Assembly: GCF_035594765.1 (NCBI RefSeq)
Contig: NC_085845.1
Location: 56,600,024-56,664,023 of the forward strand
Direction of reading: 5' to 3'
DNA from: Anolis carolinensis
Taxonomy: Eukaryota
Length of the DNA: 64,000 nucleotides
This document shows, piece by piece, positions 23,727-35,985 of the stretch. The stretch's first letter is position 1; every line of letters begins with the position of its first letter. The notes beneath the pieces were generated by a model, which saw only the letters and a list, made by a program, of their open reading frames with translations, did not search any database and had not been told where the DNA came from. A program made the position numbers and the translations under genes.

Positions 23727-23984
23727 ATCGGAGCCCCCGGTGGAGTAGTGGACTAAAGCCTCATGACTTGAAGGTTGGGTTGCTAACCTGAAAGCTGCCA
23801 GGTTTGAATCCCACCCAGGGAGAGTGCGGATGAGCTCCCTCTATCAGCTCCAGCTCCATGCGGGGACATGAAAGAAGCCCCCACAAGGATGGTAAAAACA
23901 TCAAAACATCTGGGCAACGTCCTTGCAGACGGCCAATTCTCTCACTCCAGAAGCAACTCAAGTTGTTCCTGACATGAAAAAAAA
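23727..23984 (+). mobile_element. tRNA-derived SINE (AnolisSINE2-like)
   Basis: GGAGCCCCCGGTGG head, B box GGTTTGAATCC, tail ..gttgttcctgacatg(A)n; TSD atgccatcact on both sides. Confidence 0.88.
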
Positions 23985-25364
23985 ATGCCATCACTGAGGA
24001 TTATGTGTGCATGTGTGTAGCAGGGAAGGAAGAGAGTGGAAGAATGTTTCTTGTATTCATTTTTACATTTTCACATTTTCAGCCTACTGTATATTTGGAG
24101 CTGTAGGGCTCATCCTCTCTTTTGGCCTCCCTTTGATATGTGAGGTTAAGTTCCAGTGATAGGGTGAGTTTCGCTCTTGTCAGTTTTCTCTTACAAATGT
24201 GTGTGATGTGTCTCTCTCCCGCAGCTGAGGCCTCCGTTTGAAGCACTTGTCTGTTAATTGTCTTGGCAATGCAAGCCCTATAGACCATTATCTTTACAGG
24301 GCTATGTTATCCTTCATGTAGAAGCCTAAGTCCTGTTGATGTTAATAGGACTTAATCACACATATCAAAGGGATAATAAACCACTTGCAAGATTCTACAG
24401 CCATCACATGGGAAATGCACCTAATTACTATTAGTCTGGCAATAGGATAGTTTCAAAATTAGTTTCTTATTGCTTTGAGATGGCTATTTTTCTCGTAATT
24501 GCTCTAGTTCTTCTTTATTGGACCTTATGGCCCAGTATTCTCACTTAAAAAAATGTGCCCTTGGTGCCTGAAATGAAAGTGAACCTTGTTCTGTTTGAAA
24601 TTCCTTCCGTGTTGGTATCATAGGATGGACTCCCGAAGTATTCATATATAGTATTCATATATAGACATTTACTTAGATGCGTATTCCATGGTGTTTTATG
24701 GTGGTTGTTTCCACTAAAATAACTGTGTCCATAGCGGATTGTTGTATTCTTTCCTTAATTTTAATTAATTAAGCTCTTACCTGTGGCTGCTGTTTTAATT
24801 AGGTTTTTTTGTAATTTCAATTTTTCATGCATTGTCTTTAGAACCGGATATTGTTGTATTTTTAATTTATAAACTTATCATAAAGGCCTATGGATTCACC
24901 CAGCATTGGGGCAAATCCATGGGCTCCTGGTGCGGGCATGGAGAAGCTGCTGCTCCATGCCCCACATCGCCCACCTTACCATGTCCCTCATCCCATGAGG
25001 GGAAGCATCGCCACATGGCTTCCCCCCATTGACGGGAAGGCTTTCATGTTTTCCACAGTGGTGGGTGCTGCTTCACCTCCCTTTTCAGCACGGAGTCTAT
25101 CCAGAAGTGCCTGTGTGTTGTGTGAAAGTGCCTGTATGTTACAGCTCTGTGCCATAAAGGGAGGTGAAGCAAGCATATGAGGGTCACATCAGCCCATCTG
25201 ATGAGGTCATCAGTTGTACTCTATCTTATGATGGGTGTTATTATAATATTAATCTAATGGTGATAGTGATTATGCATCATCTATGCTGAAAATGTGTTAT
25301 TAGGTTCTGTGAATTAGCTCTTTTCAACAATGTGCATGCATATGTGTTTTCAAATAGCCTGTTA

Positions 25365-25550
25365 TTTATGATGGCTCCAATAATTTCATAGAGTTTTCCT
25401 TGACCAGGAATACTCAGATGTGGGTTTGCTAGTTCCTTTCTTTGAAATGTAGCACCTGGTATTTGTTGGCAGTCTCCCATCCAAGTACTTACCAGAACTG
25501 ACCCTGCTTGGTGTCCAAGATCAGATAGGATATGATGCATTTAGAGTACG
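25365..25550 (-). mobile_element. 5S rRNA-derived SINE
   Basis: Reverse complement tctgatcttggacaccaagcagggtcagttctggtaagtacttggatgggagactgcc resembles the 5S internal control region, followed by a non-5S tail shared with the 57572 copy. Confidence 0.8.
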
Positions 25551-27744
25551 TTAATGTTTAAGCTCTAAAATGAAAGGCTCCAGGGAATGTTTGAATACAG
25601 CGGCCTATATGTTTTATAATTTCCTTACCAGGGCTACTATTACTCAGGGCTGCTGGTACTCATCTAAATATTATGTTGGATCCAGGTATAGTTTAGACCT
25701 TTTGCTAACAAATTGCTTTGGATCAAGGGTCTAGGAAAGAAATGGGACTTAAAACACCTTAATGTTGCTAGAAGGTGTCTATTATATATATATATTAAAA
25801 AATGGGAGCCAGTGTAGTATATGGGTTAGACTTGCCTTGGATTCAAATTCCCATCTAGCTATGACATTTCCTGGGCAGCCATAACCCAGGCACAATTAGT
25901 TTAATCTACAATTTGAGTAGGTGGGGCAGAAGAAATGATATGTGATGCTCCCAGGAGGTAGATGAAAGTGTAATCAACAATACATGAAAATTTATGTTTC
26001 TACTTTAATAGACTGCAGGCTAACAATGTACATACCACATATTAGTCACACAGCAGGGCGTTCCTCCATGTATCTAATGAATTCTCTAATAATCTTTCCC
26101 ACAATAACATCAGTGTGCATTTGAAAACAGGTGGTGAGGTGGGCCAAGACCTTTATAACATGCACCTAATTTAATAAAGTTAAGCTTCTTTACCTTTTAG
26201 GACAGTGCCTAAAGTAGATTTTACTTTCTCTGAGCCAAAAATACCAATTTGTTAAAGGCTATACTTTTCTATGTGCGGTGTTCAAGAATAAACTAAATGG
26301 TAACTTTATGTAAGCCACAATAAGAGTAGATATTTTAATTCCCCTTAAAAACATTCATTTGAAATAGGTTTGTGTAAAACTAATCTTTTTAAAACAGAAA
26401 CTTGCAAATTGTACTGGGGAGCATTACAGTTTTGCAGCCACATTCATTTGTTTCACAACATTTATGCCCTACATTTTCCCAAGGGGTTCAAGGTGACTTG
26501 AACTAAAGTTAATAATTTAATAAGTAAAAATCCTTCCATTTTACAGTATAATATTAAACATTAAACAAAATAAAAACAGTAGCAGTCAAATAGAAATTTA
26601 AAGCGGAATTAAAATACAATGCTTTCCTGAATAGAAAGGCCAGTTTCTAAAAAGACATTACTAAGGGAGTTGAGCACACTTAGAAGCAAGTTCCAGAGTT
26701 TGACTCAACTACCCATTCATGCTGCAGCTGCCAGAAATCTCTGGAAACCTCATTATTGGCCAGCTTGAGTGCGAGATTCTGGGAGCTGCAGTCTGGGAAA
26801 AAAAGTACTTTTCTAATTTCTCAATGAACTATCTAATAAGGCCCCCTCAATCCAATTAATATCTCAGAATAGTTGAAATTTGCAAGAAGGCTTCCAAAGA
26901 TAGACTTAATATGTGGACAGGAGAAGGTGATTCATCAGATGTTCTGGTATTAAACCACCTGGAGCTTTAAAGGACATTGTTTGCGCTTTGCCTTATACAT
27001 AAGGCACGTGCCTTCAAATTACCAGTCAAACTGTGGCGACTTGATGAATTTCATAGGATTTTCCAGAAAAAGGAACACTCAGGGCACTTGCAGTCAGTGT
27101 CAAAATGCAGATCAAATAAGTGGGGCAAAAAATTGTGGGACCTGACAGCAAGTCCAAGTACAGACCTGCCAGCTTCGGTAAATGGTCTCCGCCGTCTTGA
27201 CACATTCCTTTTTAGTGGATTTCAGAAATCTGCAAGACAGATAGGAGAAATCTAGCAGAAGTTTCCTTAATTAAAAAAAAAGACTGTCTGAAGTGTGCTG
27301 AACCTTATTTGCGCTCATGCGGATATCCAAATGTACACACACAGAGATTTCTTATTATCTCTCCTCACCCAACTGTAAATTCAAGCTCTGCTTAGTTTCA
27401 TAAACATCACAACAAAGGAATGGTTATAGAACATTCTCATGGTAATTGCTTTCCATTTGTGCTTCGATTTAACTACTTGTGTGCTCATAGCTCCATTTGT
27501 TTACAGTCCAGATGAGCTGTTTCAGGATTTTAAAACATGCACATGCTCTGGAGCAGTCCACATCAGGGTATATGAATGAAAGACTGCAGGGATATAGTCA
27601 TGTGAATATGCACATTTTCCAGTCAAAATTGGGTTTTAAGCGCACCATTTTAACATGTGTTTTTCAGCTGTTAATCCAAATCAGTGGGCATTTTCATGAA
27701 ACGTCATTTAGACACCCTCCCGTATCCCAATGTCTTCTGAGTTT

Positions 27745-27905
27745 TAGGGCATATGTAGAAGGGCCACCAGAGGTGGTCTGCATTGCCTTCTTTTGAATAT
27801 AGTGCACAACACCTGATATTCCCTGGGAATTTTCCTTCCAAGTACTAACCAGGCATGAATCTGCTTAGCTTCTGAAATTAGATTGGATCTGTTTCCTTCA
27901 GGGAA
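27745..27905 (-). mobile_element. 5S rRNA-derived SINE (degenerate)
   Basis: ccaagtactaaccaggc..ctgcttagcttctga is the reverse complement of the 5S A/C boxes. Confidence 0.7.
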
Positions 27906-27944
27906 TTTAATCAAAATGGAAACTAGTCAGAAATCAAAAGAAGG

Positions 27945-28160
27945 GTTGTTGTATGTTTCCCAGGCTGTATGGCTATGTTCCAGAAGTATTCTCTCCTGCC
28001 ACATCTATGGCAGGCATCCTCAGAGATTGTGAGGTACCACTGAGGATGCCTGCCATAGATATGGGCACAACGTCAGGAGAGAATGCTTCTGGAATATGGC
28101 CATACAGCCTGGAAAACATACAACAACTCTGTGATTCTGGCCATGAAAGCCTTCGACAAC
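27945..28160. mobile_element. Penelope pLTR in inverted arrangement with a hammerhead remnant
   Basis: Arms 27945-28023 and 28040-28127 are reverse complements; CTGAGGA-TGCCTGC..GGGCACAACGTCAGG. Confidence 0.85.
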
Positions 28161-28275
28161 AAATGAAAAGAAGACTCAGGTTTGAATGGGCAGTTGTGAA
28201 GGAACCAGATAAGATTCTCAAGTGTAAAGATATATAATTGAATACCAAAATCAGGATTGGCCATGCCATGGTATA

Positions 28276-28953
28276 CAGATTGAGTATCCTTTATCTGAAA
28301 TGCTTGGCACTGAAAATGTTTTGGATTTCAGATTTTTTCAAATTTTGGAATGTTATATTTGCATATGAGTAACTAATAAGACATCCTGGAGAAGGGACTG
28401 AAGTCTAAACATGAATTGCATTTATGTTTCATATATGCATTATACATATAGCCTAAGGGTAATTTCATATACAATAGAGCCTCACTTATCCAATGTTCTG
28501 TATTATACAACGCAGTCTGCCTTTTAATAGTCAATGTTTTTGTAGTCAATGTTTTCAATACATTGTGATATTTTGGTGCTAAATTCACAAATACAGTAAT
28601 TACTACATAGCATTACTGTGTATTGAACTACTTTTTCTGTCAAATTTGTTGTAAATTTAATGTTTTGGTGCTTAATTTGTAAAATCATAACCTAATTTGA
28701 TGTTCAATAGGCTTTTACTTAATCCCTCCTTATTATCCAATATATTCACTTATCTAACGTTCTGCTGACCTGTTTATGTTGGATAAGTGAGACTCTACTG
28801 TAATAATTTTGTGCATGAAACAATGTTTGTGCAACTGAACAGTCATAAAACAGAAGTGTCACTATCTCTGCCGTCAAAATCCAAAATTGTTGACAATTTT
28901 GGATTTTGAAGCATTTTAGATTTCAGACTTCCAGATAAGAGCTGTACAACTTT
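28276..28953. mobile_element. Tigger4/Zombi-like non-autonomous DNA transposon with a nested MITE
   Basis: TA|CAGATTGAGTATCCTTTATCTGAAATGCTTGG...; ends ttagatttcagacttccagataagagctgtacaacttt|TA. Body resembles the recalled Tigger4 consensus. Confidence 0.75.
28472..28800. mobile_element. Tc1/mariner MITE (same family as 19146) nested in the Tigger4-like element
   Basis: TA|CAATAGAGCCTCACTTATCCAA ... TTGGATAAGTGAGACTCTACTG|TA. Confidence 0.92.
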
Positions 28954-30029
28954 TAATACTTCAAGTTATTTTAAAATTACTTCCAAAGTTCTTTTAATGA
29001 CAGTGTAAAAAGTGTTTCGAGAGGAATCGTTAAGGGCTTGGGCTGCCCTCTTAAAGAAGTTATCAATGTTACGCAACAATGAAAGTTACAAAGCACAACA
29101 AATTATACCTAAAACCTCATCGAAATAGCAATGAATGATCCATGTAGCACAATAACAAGTATTGAGAACAAATTACTTTTTTTTTAAAGTAACTTCCCAA
29201 TCTTCCCCCTCTGCCCAGTCAGGTTATAACATGGATTATTTTTTAAAAATTAGCAAGTAATGGCAATAATATTTTAAACCCTGTAACAAGTAAGAGAAAC
29301 ATACCATATTTAAAATGTAACCTTCGAGGTTTTGTCCCTTCTGAGGCACTAGCAATTTCCCCTATCCCTGAAGTTGGCAACCTTACCAAAATGCCTCAGA
29401 ACAGATGTTCCCTATAAATTTCATCTCATCAATTTAATAAATCCCCATGGTACTGAGTGGTTATGTGCTGGCACAGGAGGGAATTGGTCTGTCAGTCAAG
29501 TGTTTGAACCAATCAGCCGTTAAAATAACCTAAATATACAAATATGAAAAGCTTTTAATTACAAAGTTTGTTGAGCCAGAAGGGATAGTTAAAGTCAGCA
29601 CAAGCATTGGTAGGTCGTAGATAGATGGAATTTTGCAAGTACAGAGCAATTACTAATCCTAATTGTCACTTCAGATTTTATTACCTTCATGTCCTTTGCT
29701 GACTTCTGCTCATATAAAACCTTTTATATTTGAAGGAGCACTTTAAGTGAGAGATATTCAGAAACTGAACAAATGGAAAAACGTTCAAGTGGAAGCAATT
29801 GAACAGTGTGTGAAATTTATTATTCAGTAAAGAGGAGGGTTACAATATAATCTGATGGTATAATTAATGGTATTCAAGACCACATTTCTCTATTGAGTAA
29901 GTATAAGTGAATGGTATTGCACTTGGATTTCACCCCCCCCCCCTTTGGCGTAATAGGACTGATTTCACAATCAGTATTGAACTTTTCCAATTATGTCCTC
30001 GACCTGTTATGTGTAATTATTAAAAAGCT

Positions 30030-30845
30030 GTTATCAAAGGCTTTCATGGCCAGAATCACTGGGTTTCTGTGAGTTTTCTGGGCTATATGGCCATGTTCCA
30101 CAAGCATTCTTTCCTGATTTTTTTGCCTGCATCTATGGCAGGCATCCTTAGAGGTTGTGAGTATGTTGGAAACTAGGCAAGTGGAGTTTACATATCTGTG
30201 GAATGCTCAGGGTGGGAGAAAGAACTCTTGTCTATTTGAGACAAGTGTGAATGTTTTAATTGGCCTCCTTGATTAGCATTGAATAGCCTTTCAGCTTCAA
30301 GGCCTGGCTCCTTACTGCATGGGGGAATCCTTTGTTGGGAGGTGTTAGCTGGCCTTGATTAATTCATGTCTGGAAATCCTCTGTTTTCTGAGTGGTGTTC
30401 TTTATTTACTGTCCTGATTTTAGAGTTTTTTTAATACTGGTAGCCAGATTTTATTCATTTTCATGGTTTCTTCCTTTCTGTTGAAATTGTCCACATGGTT
30501 ATGGGTTTCATTGGCTTCTCTGTGTAGTCTGACATGGTGGTTGTTGCAGTGGTCCAGCATTTCTGTGTTCTCAAATAATATGCAGTGTCCAGGTTGGTTC
30601 ATCAAGTGCTCTGCTATGGCTGATTTCTCTGGTTGAATTTATCTTCTGTATCTTTCATGTTCCTTGATTCATGTTTGGGCAATGCTGTGTTTGGTGGTTC
30701 CTATGTAGACTTGTCCACAGCTGCATGGTATATGGTAGACTCCTGCAGAGGTGAGAGGATCCCTCCTTTCCTTTGTGGAACGGAGCATTTGTTGGATTTT
30801 CTAAGTGGGTCTGTAGATTGTTTGTAGGTTGTGTTTCTTTACCAG
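30030..30845 (-). mobile_element. Penelope-like element 3' part (GIY-YIG endonuclease + pLTR)
   Basis: - strand reads SAGVYHIPCSCGQVYIGTT.. and KSAIAEHLMNQPGH..FENTEMLDH..RLHREA..NFNRKEE; pLTR at about 30030-30165. Confidence 0.92.
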
Positions 30846-31699
30846 CCTTTCAGCCTATTAAAAATCTATGAATAGAAAACGAAAAAAAACGCACTATTAC
30901 AAAGCAATCCAATTGGTACAAACAGTGAAAACAAAAGGCCTATATTTTATTTTTGAAGATTAGTGATCTCATTAGCAGTTTACATTACTCCTAGCACTTG
31001 GTGAGATTCAGTCCAATCCCATACTCTGTACTTCCAATAAATGATCAAAATATTTAATTTCTTAATGCTCCAAAACTTCTACTTAAAACTCTATTTTAGT
31101 ACTATGTAAATATTTATTTGTGTTTCTTGCATAGCATTTACAAATATATTTGACATCATACATTGATACTTGATTGTTTTGATGTGAATTGTGCAGAATA
31201 AGGCACTCTTTTGATAATAACTCCCCCAAACTTCAAAGAACTGTAAATATTTGTACCTTTTTGGACATACTCTACTTAAAATTAAATGATTGTTCAGGTG
31301 TTTCATTTATAGTTAAACTACTAAATGCATGAATTGAGAGGGCTCAGTGTCATACATATGATTGTGCCTCTCTTAAATATAAGCAGCTGCTGCCTAAATG
31401 TCCAAAGGGATTGGGGTTGATATCTAGAGCATTGTACAGCATACGTGTAGAGGCTTGCATGTGAGCAAAGAACACAAATGTACGCTTAGCTCTGTGTTTG
31501 GGATTTTTGTTACTAGTAATCTAAAATTCCTGCTTTTATTGGTTTCTATAGTTCACCTGTGCTTGCACACCTGGCTGACATAGGTGGAATAGACAATTAT
31601 ATAAAACTGCGAATGTAGGCCAATGTTTTGTGAATGTGTTATGCAGCCTTGCATTTTATTCCATGCCTTCATGGTTACAGCTCTGTACGTATTCCCATT

Positions 31700-31926
31700 C
31701 CCTAGCCCTATTGTTTACAGCCTGGCCATGTTTACATTAACTATCATCACTGATGGATGAGCACTGTTTTATTCTTATTTTTATGCTGTTGTTACATGCT
31801 TATGTGTTTTATTCAATTGCATTTTTATTGTGTTTTATTTAATGTCTTGCTTTTAGGCATCTTGTGCCTTGTGTAAACCACCTTGAGTCGCTTCGGCGAG
31901 ATGGTGGTGGGATACAAGAATAAAGC

Positions 31927-31987
<61 letters not shown>
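31700..31987 (+). mobile_element. L2-type 3' UTR/tail with (TAT)19 microsatellite
   Basis: tgtaaaccaccttgagtcgcttcggcgagatggtggtgggatacaagaataaag followed by (TAT)n at 31931-31987. Confidence 0.7.
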
Positions 31988-32402
31988 CCTCTATATCAAA
32001 CCTTTGTCAGTAGCCAAAACTTATTTGTCTACCTACAGATTTTATTTGTCTTATTTCCTACCCTTCTCTCCTCTTGGAATGCTAAGATAGTTTTAACATA
32101 CATTAAAAGAGAATGCAGCTAAAATCAATTGTAATTTAAAAATGTTAAGATGTCATATTACAACAATAAGCGACTCAGGTTGCTCCTGACACGAAAAAAA
32201 AAAACAACCCAATATATATCCCTGCAGATAACAAGTCCTGGGATTAAGGACTCTTGTAATGGGAGTGATGACCCAGGAGACCGTGGCCACCTGACAAGGC
32301 AAGGATAAAGATCCATAACTCCAAAGATAGCCTTGAAGTCTAGCCTGTTTTCTTGATTTGTTCTTTGAATGAGATCTATTTTGTGTAACGTGGGAGATAG
32401 AA

Positions 32403-32537
32403 AAGTGGTTCTCAACTTGTGGGCCCCCAGGTGTGTTGGCCTACAACTCCTAGAAATCCCAGCCAGTTTACCAGCTGTTAGGATTTTTGGGAATTGAAGG
32501 CCAAAACATCTGGGGACCCACAGGTTGAGAACCACTT
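32403..32537. mobile_element. Short palindromic hAT MITE
   Basis: AGTGGTTCTCAAC...AGGTTGAGAACCACT; reverse-orientation sibling of 3205-3325. Confidence 0.88.
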
Positions 32538-33274
32538 TCATAGATGGAGAAGTTGTAATGGCCATTGGCCACACCATTGAAAGGACAACATCTATTGGAA
32601 GAGTTTGGATATTAAGACAAAGAATAGCTATAAGAATTGGACTATTTGTTCTTGTATGCCATGGAGAGTCAGTATCTGTTAACCACTTCAGACATTGAGG
32701 GAGTATAGGGACACAGACCTGGAATAAATTACTGTTATTCGTCAAAGTAATGGGAATACTTTCCAGGATTGACCCAGCCTGGATAGCAATTGGTCCTTTG
32801 AGCATCAGATGAAGTGAAGGCAAAAGTGAAGGGCTCCTTTGAACCATAAATGGCTTTCTCACACAAAGAAAAATGGCAAGAAAAATGGTTGCAATGTAGG
32901 AACATGCCAATGTCAAGCTTTTCCAGGTCCTTCTCATTGACTTTGTGTAAAGAAAGTGAGGAGATAGGAAACTGATTCAAGATGTTGTTCTCAGTGTTCC
33001 TCATATAAAAATTCTTGGTTTTCTTACTCAAATGCCCAATTCTACAGTGAAGCAAAACCTTGCTTCTCCATCCACACAAGAAGAAAGATGGAGAATTGAT
33101 GTGGGGCTATTACATTTTAGAAACCAATGATTTCTCTTAGGAAATTATTTTTCATCTGTACTTTCTTAGGTCCAAAAAGTAAGAACTAGCTAGCCTAGGA
33201 ATGCTAGTAAAGTTTCTGGTGGAGCAGTACCTGCTGAAACACAGCCATCCTTTACCTATTGCTTTGTGATCTCC

Positions 33275-33276
<2 letters not shown>

Positions 33277-33331
<55 letters not shown>
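33277..33331. repeat. (AT)n microsatellite
   Basis: About 27 units, direct reading. Confidence 0.95.
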
Positions 33332-33338
<7 letters not shown>

Positions 33339-34319
33339 TGTATGTATATAATATGTATATAATTCTAGTTACATGCAGTCAAGCATTTTCAAGTTCATTC
33401 AATAATTAAACTGTACTCATTTTTTTTTAAAAAAAGAAGCATAATTACAAGTTTTATAAGTTTGTTTAATAAAAAGTTTATTTTAATGTGCAAATGTTCT
33501 GAGTAGCTTTTCTTCCAACCATAATATTACAAAGTTTTATCACTGCTAGCTATTCCTGTTTATGTTATTGTTAGGACAAGCACAATATGAATATTTGGCT
33601 GTTCTCTTATCTGATATAATCTGTTCACTTCAAGAGCAAAATACACATTGCCAACCTTTTGTTATCTAATTTCCCGACTGCCGTACAGTATTAGGTCCTG
33701 CCAAACTTGCTTACATATTAGCACTCACTATTGCTTTAGTTATCTCTTCCTGGTAGCCTGCATCCTGCCACTTAGCTGGAAATTTCTCTTTTTCTCAATA
33801 CACACAAATTCTCAATACAAACACTCATCCATGATTTCAAATTCTAGTTTTTTAAAGCTAGATATAATAGCTAAAGATATTATTACTGAAGCTGCTCAGC
33901 GTGGACGTCAAAAAAAATTACATGTATGCTGTTAGAAGAATTTTTAAATATACTTTTGTACTATTAAAATATTCATAAAAGATATGATTGAGCAAAGAGT
34001 CAAATTCCTAGCTTTCAGAATTGCTGGACTGTTTTTATCTCCTTCAAGAATCAGATTATGTTGGTATTTGAATTTCTTCGACTGTATAATAGGTTTGTTA
34101 GTAGCTGGAAAAGAAGGTATCTCGGACATTTCTGATTCTGATGTTCTGTAGTAAAGTTATGGGGTGCATCTGACAGGAGAGATGAAAGGTTTTTCAAGAA
34201 AGAAAGAAAGAAAGAAAGAGAGGGTGAAGAAAGAAAAGTGATAGAAAGTAAAGGATCCCATAGAAAAAGTAATATATGAACTAGAGCTTTAGTGTTTTGG
34301 AAAAGTAATCCATTGATTT

Positions 34320-34543
34320 TTTTTTAATTGTGTCAGAAGCGATTTGAGAAACTGCAAGTTGCTTCTGGTGTGAGAGGATTGACGTTGCCCAGGGGACGTC
34401 ATGGATGTTTTACCATCCTGTGGGAGGCTTCTCTCATATCCCCACATGGAAAGTTGGAGCTGACAGATGGGAGCTCACCCCATCTCGTGGATTTGAACTG
34501 CCAGCCTTCAGGTCAGCAGTTCAGCCGGCATAAGGGTTTAACC
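34320..34543 (-). mobile_element. AnolisSINE2-like SINE with its head interrupted by a hAT
   Basis: tgtgtcagaagcgatttgagaaactgcaagttgcttctggtgtgagag... homologous to 46606-46874. Confidence 0.85.
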
Positions 34544-34988
34544 CAGGCATGGGCAAACTTTTTTGCCTCTGGGCCGCATTGTGGATGGGGCTGGGAGGGA
34601 GAGCAGCTGTGCATGAGCTGGGTGGGAAAGGCCCAGGAGGTGGAGTGTAAGGCTGGGAGGGGTTGGGGCAGGTTGTCCTTCTGGCATAAGGATGGGGCTG
34701 CTTGCCCCATCCTTATATCGGGAGGAAAATGAGACATGTGGCGACTGCCCCAATCCTCCTCCCCCGATCTTTGAGCTATCCTCTTGGCGTTATGTCGGGG
34801 GGAGGTGAGAAACACAGTAGCTGAGAGCACTTCAGAGGGCTGTGTGCCTTCCTCCCATATCCTTTCTGCATAATAATGTGGTAAGCCACCACATCCTTAT
34901 GCTGAGAGGACAGGGAAAATGAGGATGGCCTGAGGTAAGCACCCAGGAGGCTGCATTTGGTCTCCAGGCCTTAGTTTGCCCATGCCTG
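34544..34988. mobile_element. Non-autonomous hAT (445 bp)
   Basis: Perfect 16-bp TIRs CAGGCATGGGCAAACT / AGTTTGCCCATGCCTG; TSD gtttaacc/gtttaacg. Confidence 0.93.
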
Positions 34989-35534
34989 GTTTAACGATTG
35001 GTCATCAGTTGTTAGTATAACGTGCTACTTTTTAATAATCTTTTAAAATATCTAATTTAACCCAGATATCTCTGAAATATCATTATGAAGTTATCTGCTA
35101 TACATGTTACTCCCCTATTAAGCCCCTTCTTATTAGTAAAGTTCAGTGATAATGTTACAAAAATTAGAAAGACAACATTTTGATTAATTATATGAATGAT
35201 GACATTGTTCCCATTTCAGCACCATACTTGCATACTTGCAGATGTGGGAGAATTTTTGGCCTTTGTGATCAATGTGAGCACTGTAGCTTGAACAAGTCTT
35301 CATGTATTCATGAGAGTCCTATGATTTTTAATCTTATACTGCTTTAGAAAAATGAGAGGGACCAATGTGCAGGCTGCTCAGCCACCTGAAATTGGGTGCT
35401 TTTGTTCATTGCTATTTTTGTAGTGTAAGGGAAAAAAATCTGTTTTTTGTGGGGCTAGTTAATTGGATCAATTTTTCTTCAAAGAATTCTTTCTGATTCT
35501 TGAAGTACATTTTGAGACACTATACCTATTTCTG

Positions 35535-35985
35535 CTGTGGTTTACATATTTATATCTGCCTTTCTCCCAAGACTCAAGGCAACTTACTAAATTTAAAACA
35601 AATAGAGTTAACGCATTTACAAAAAGCAAAGTGAAAACATACAAAAAGTTATTGTGGAAATGTAATGAAACACTTCATAGACTTAAAGCCCTTTAAACAA
35701 TTATATCAAAAGATGAAACATAAAAATCAGCAGAATACCATGACCTTGCAGTAAATTTCTGAAAAGCTGTTAGAACATAAAAAGTTTCTACCAGCAAAAG
35801 AACAACAAGGAGGAAGCCATCCTAGCTTCCCTAGGGAGGCAGTTCCAAAGTCCTGGAGGAACCACAAAGAAGGCCCTCTCTTGTGTTCTTACCTGGTAAA
35901 GTGATGGAACTGAGAGAAGGTCCTCTCCTGAAAATATTAGAGCCTGGGTAGGATGATATAAGGTCATGTCCTGGATCCAAACCAG
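35535..35985 (-). mobile_element. L2 3' fragment
   Basis: ERAFFVVPPGLWNCLPREAR motif; homologous to the L2 3' regions at 52644 and 62020. Confidence 0.75.

Noticed and set aside
23727-23830. tRNA gene
   Set aside because: The A/B boxes belong to a SINE head; there is no cloverleaf, and it is followed by the SINE body, A-tail and TSD.
25400-25550. 5S rRNA gene
   Set aside because: Diverged from 5S, fused to a SINE tail, and without an oligo-T terminator at the 5S end.
32158-32937. 259-aa ORF
   Set aside because: It reads through a hAT MITE (32403-32537) and a SINE/Vingi tail, so its continuity is accidental.
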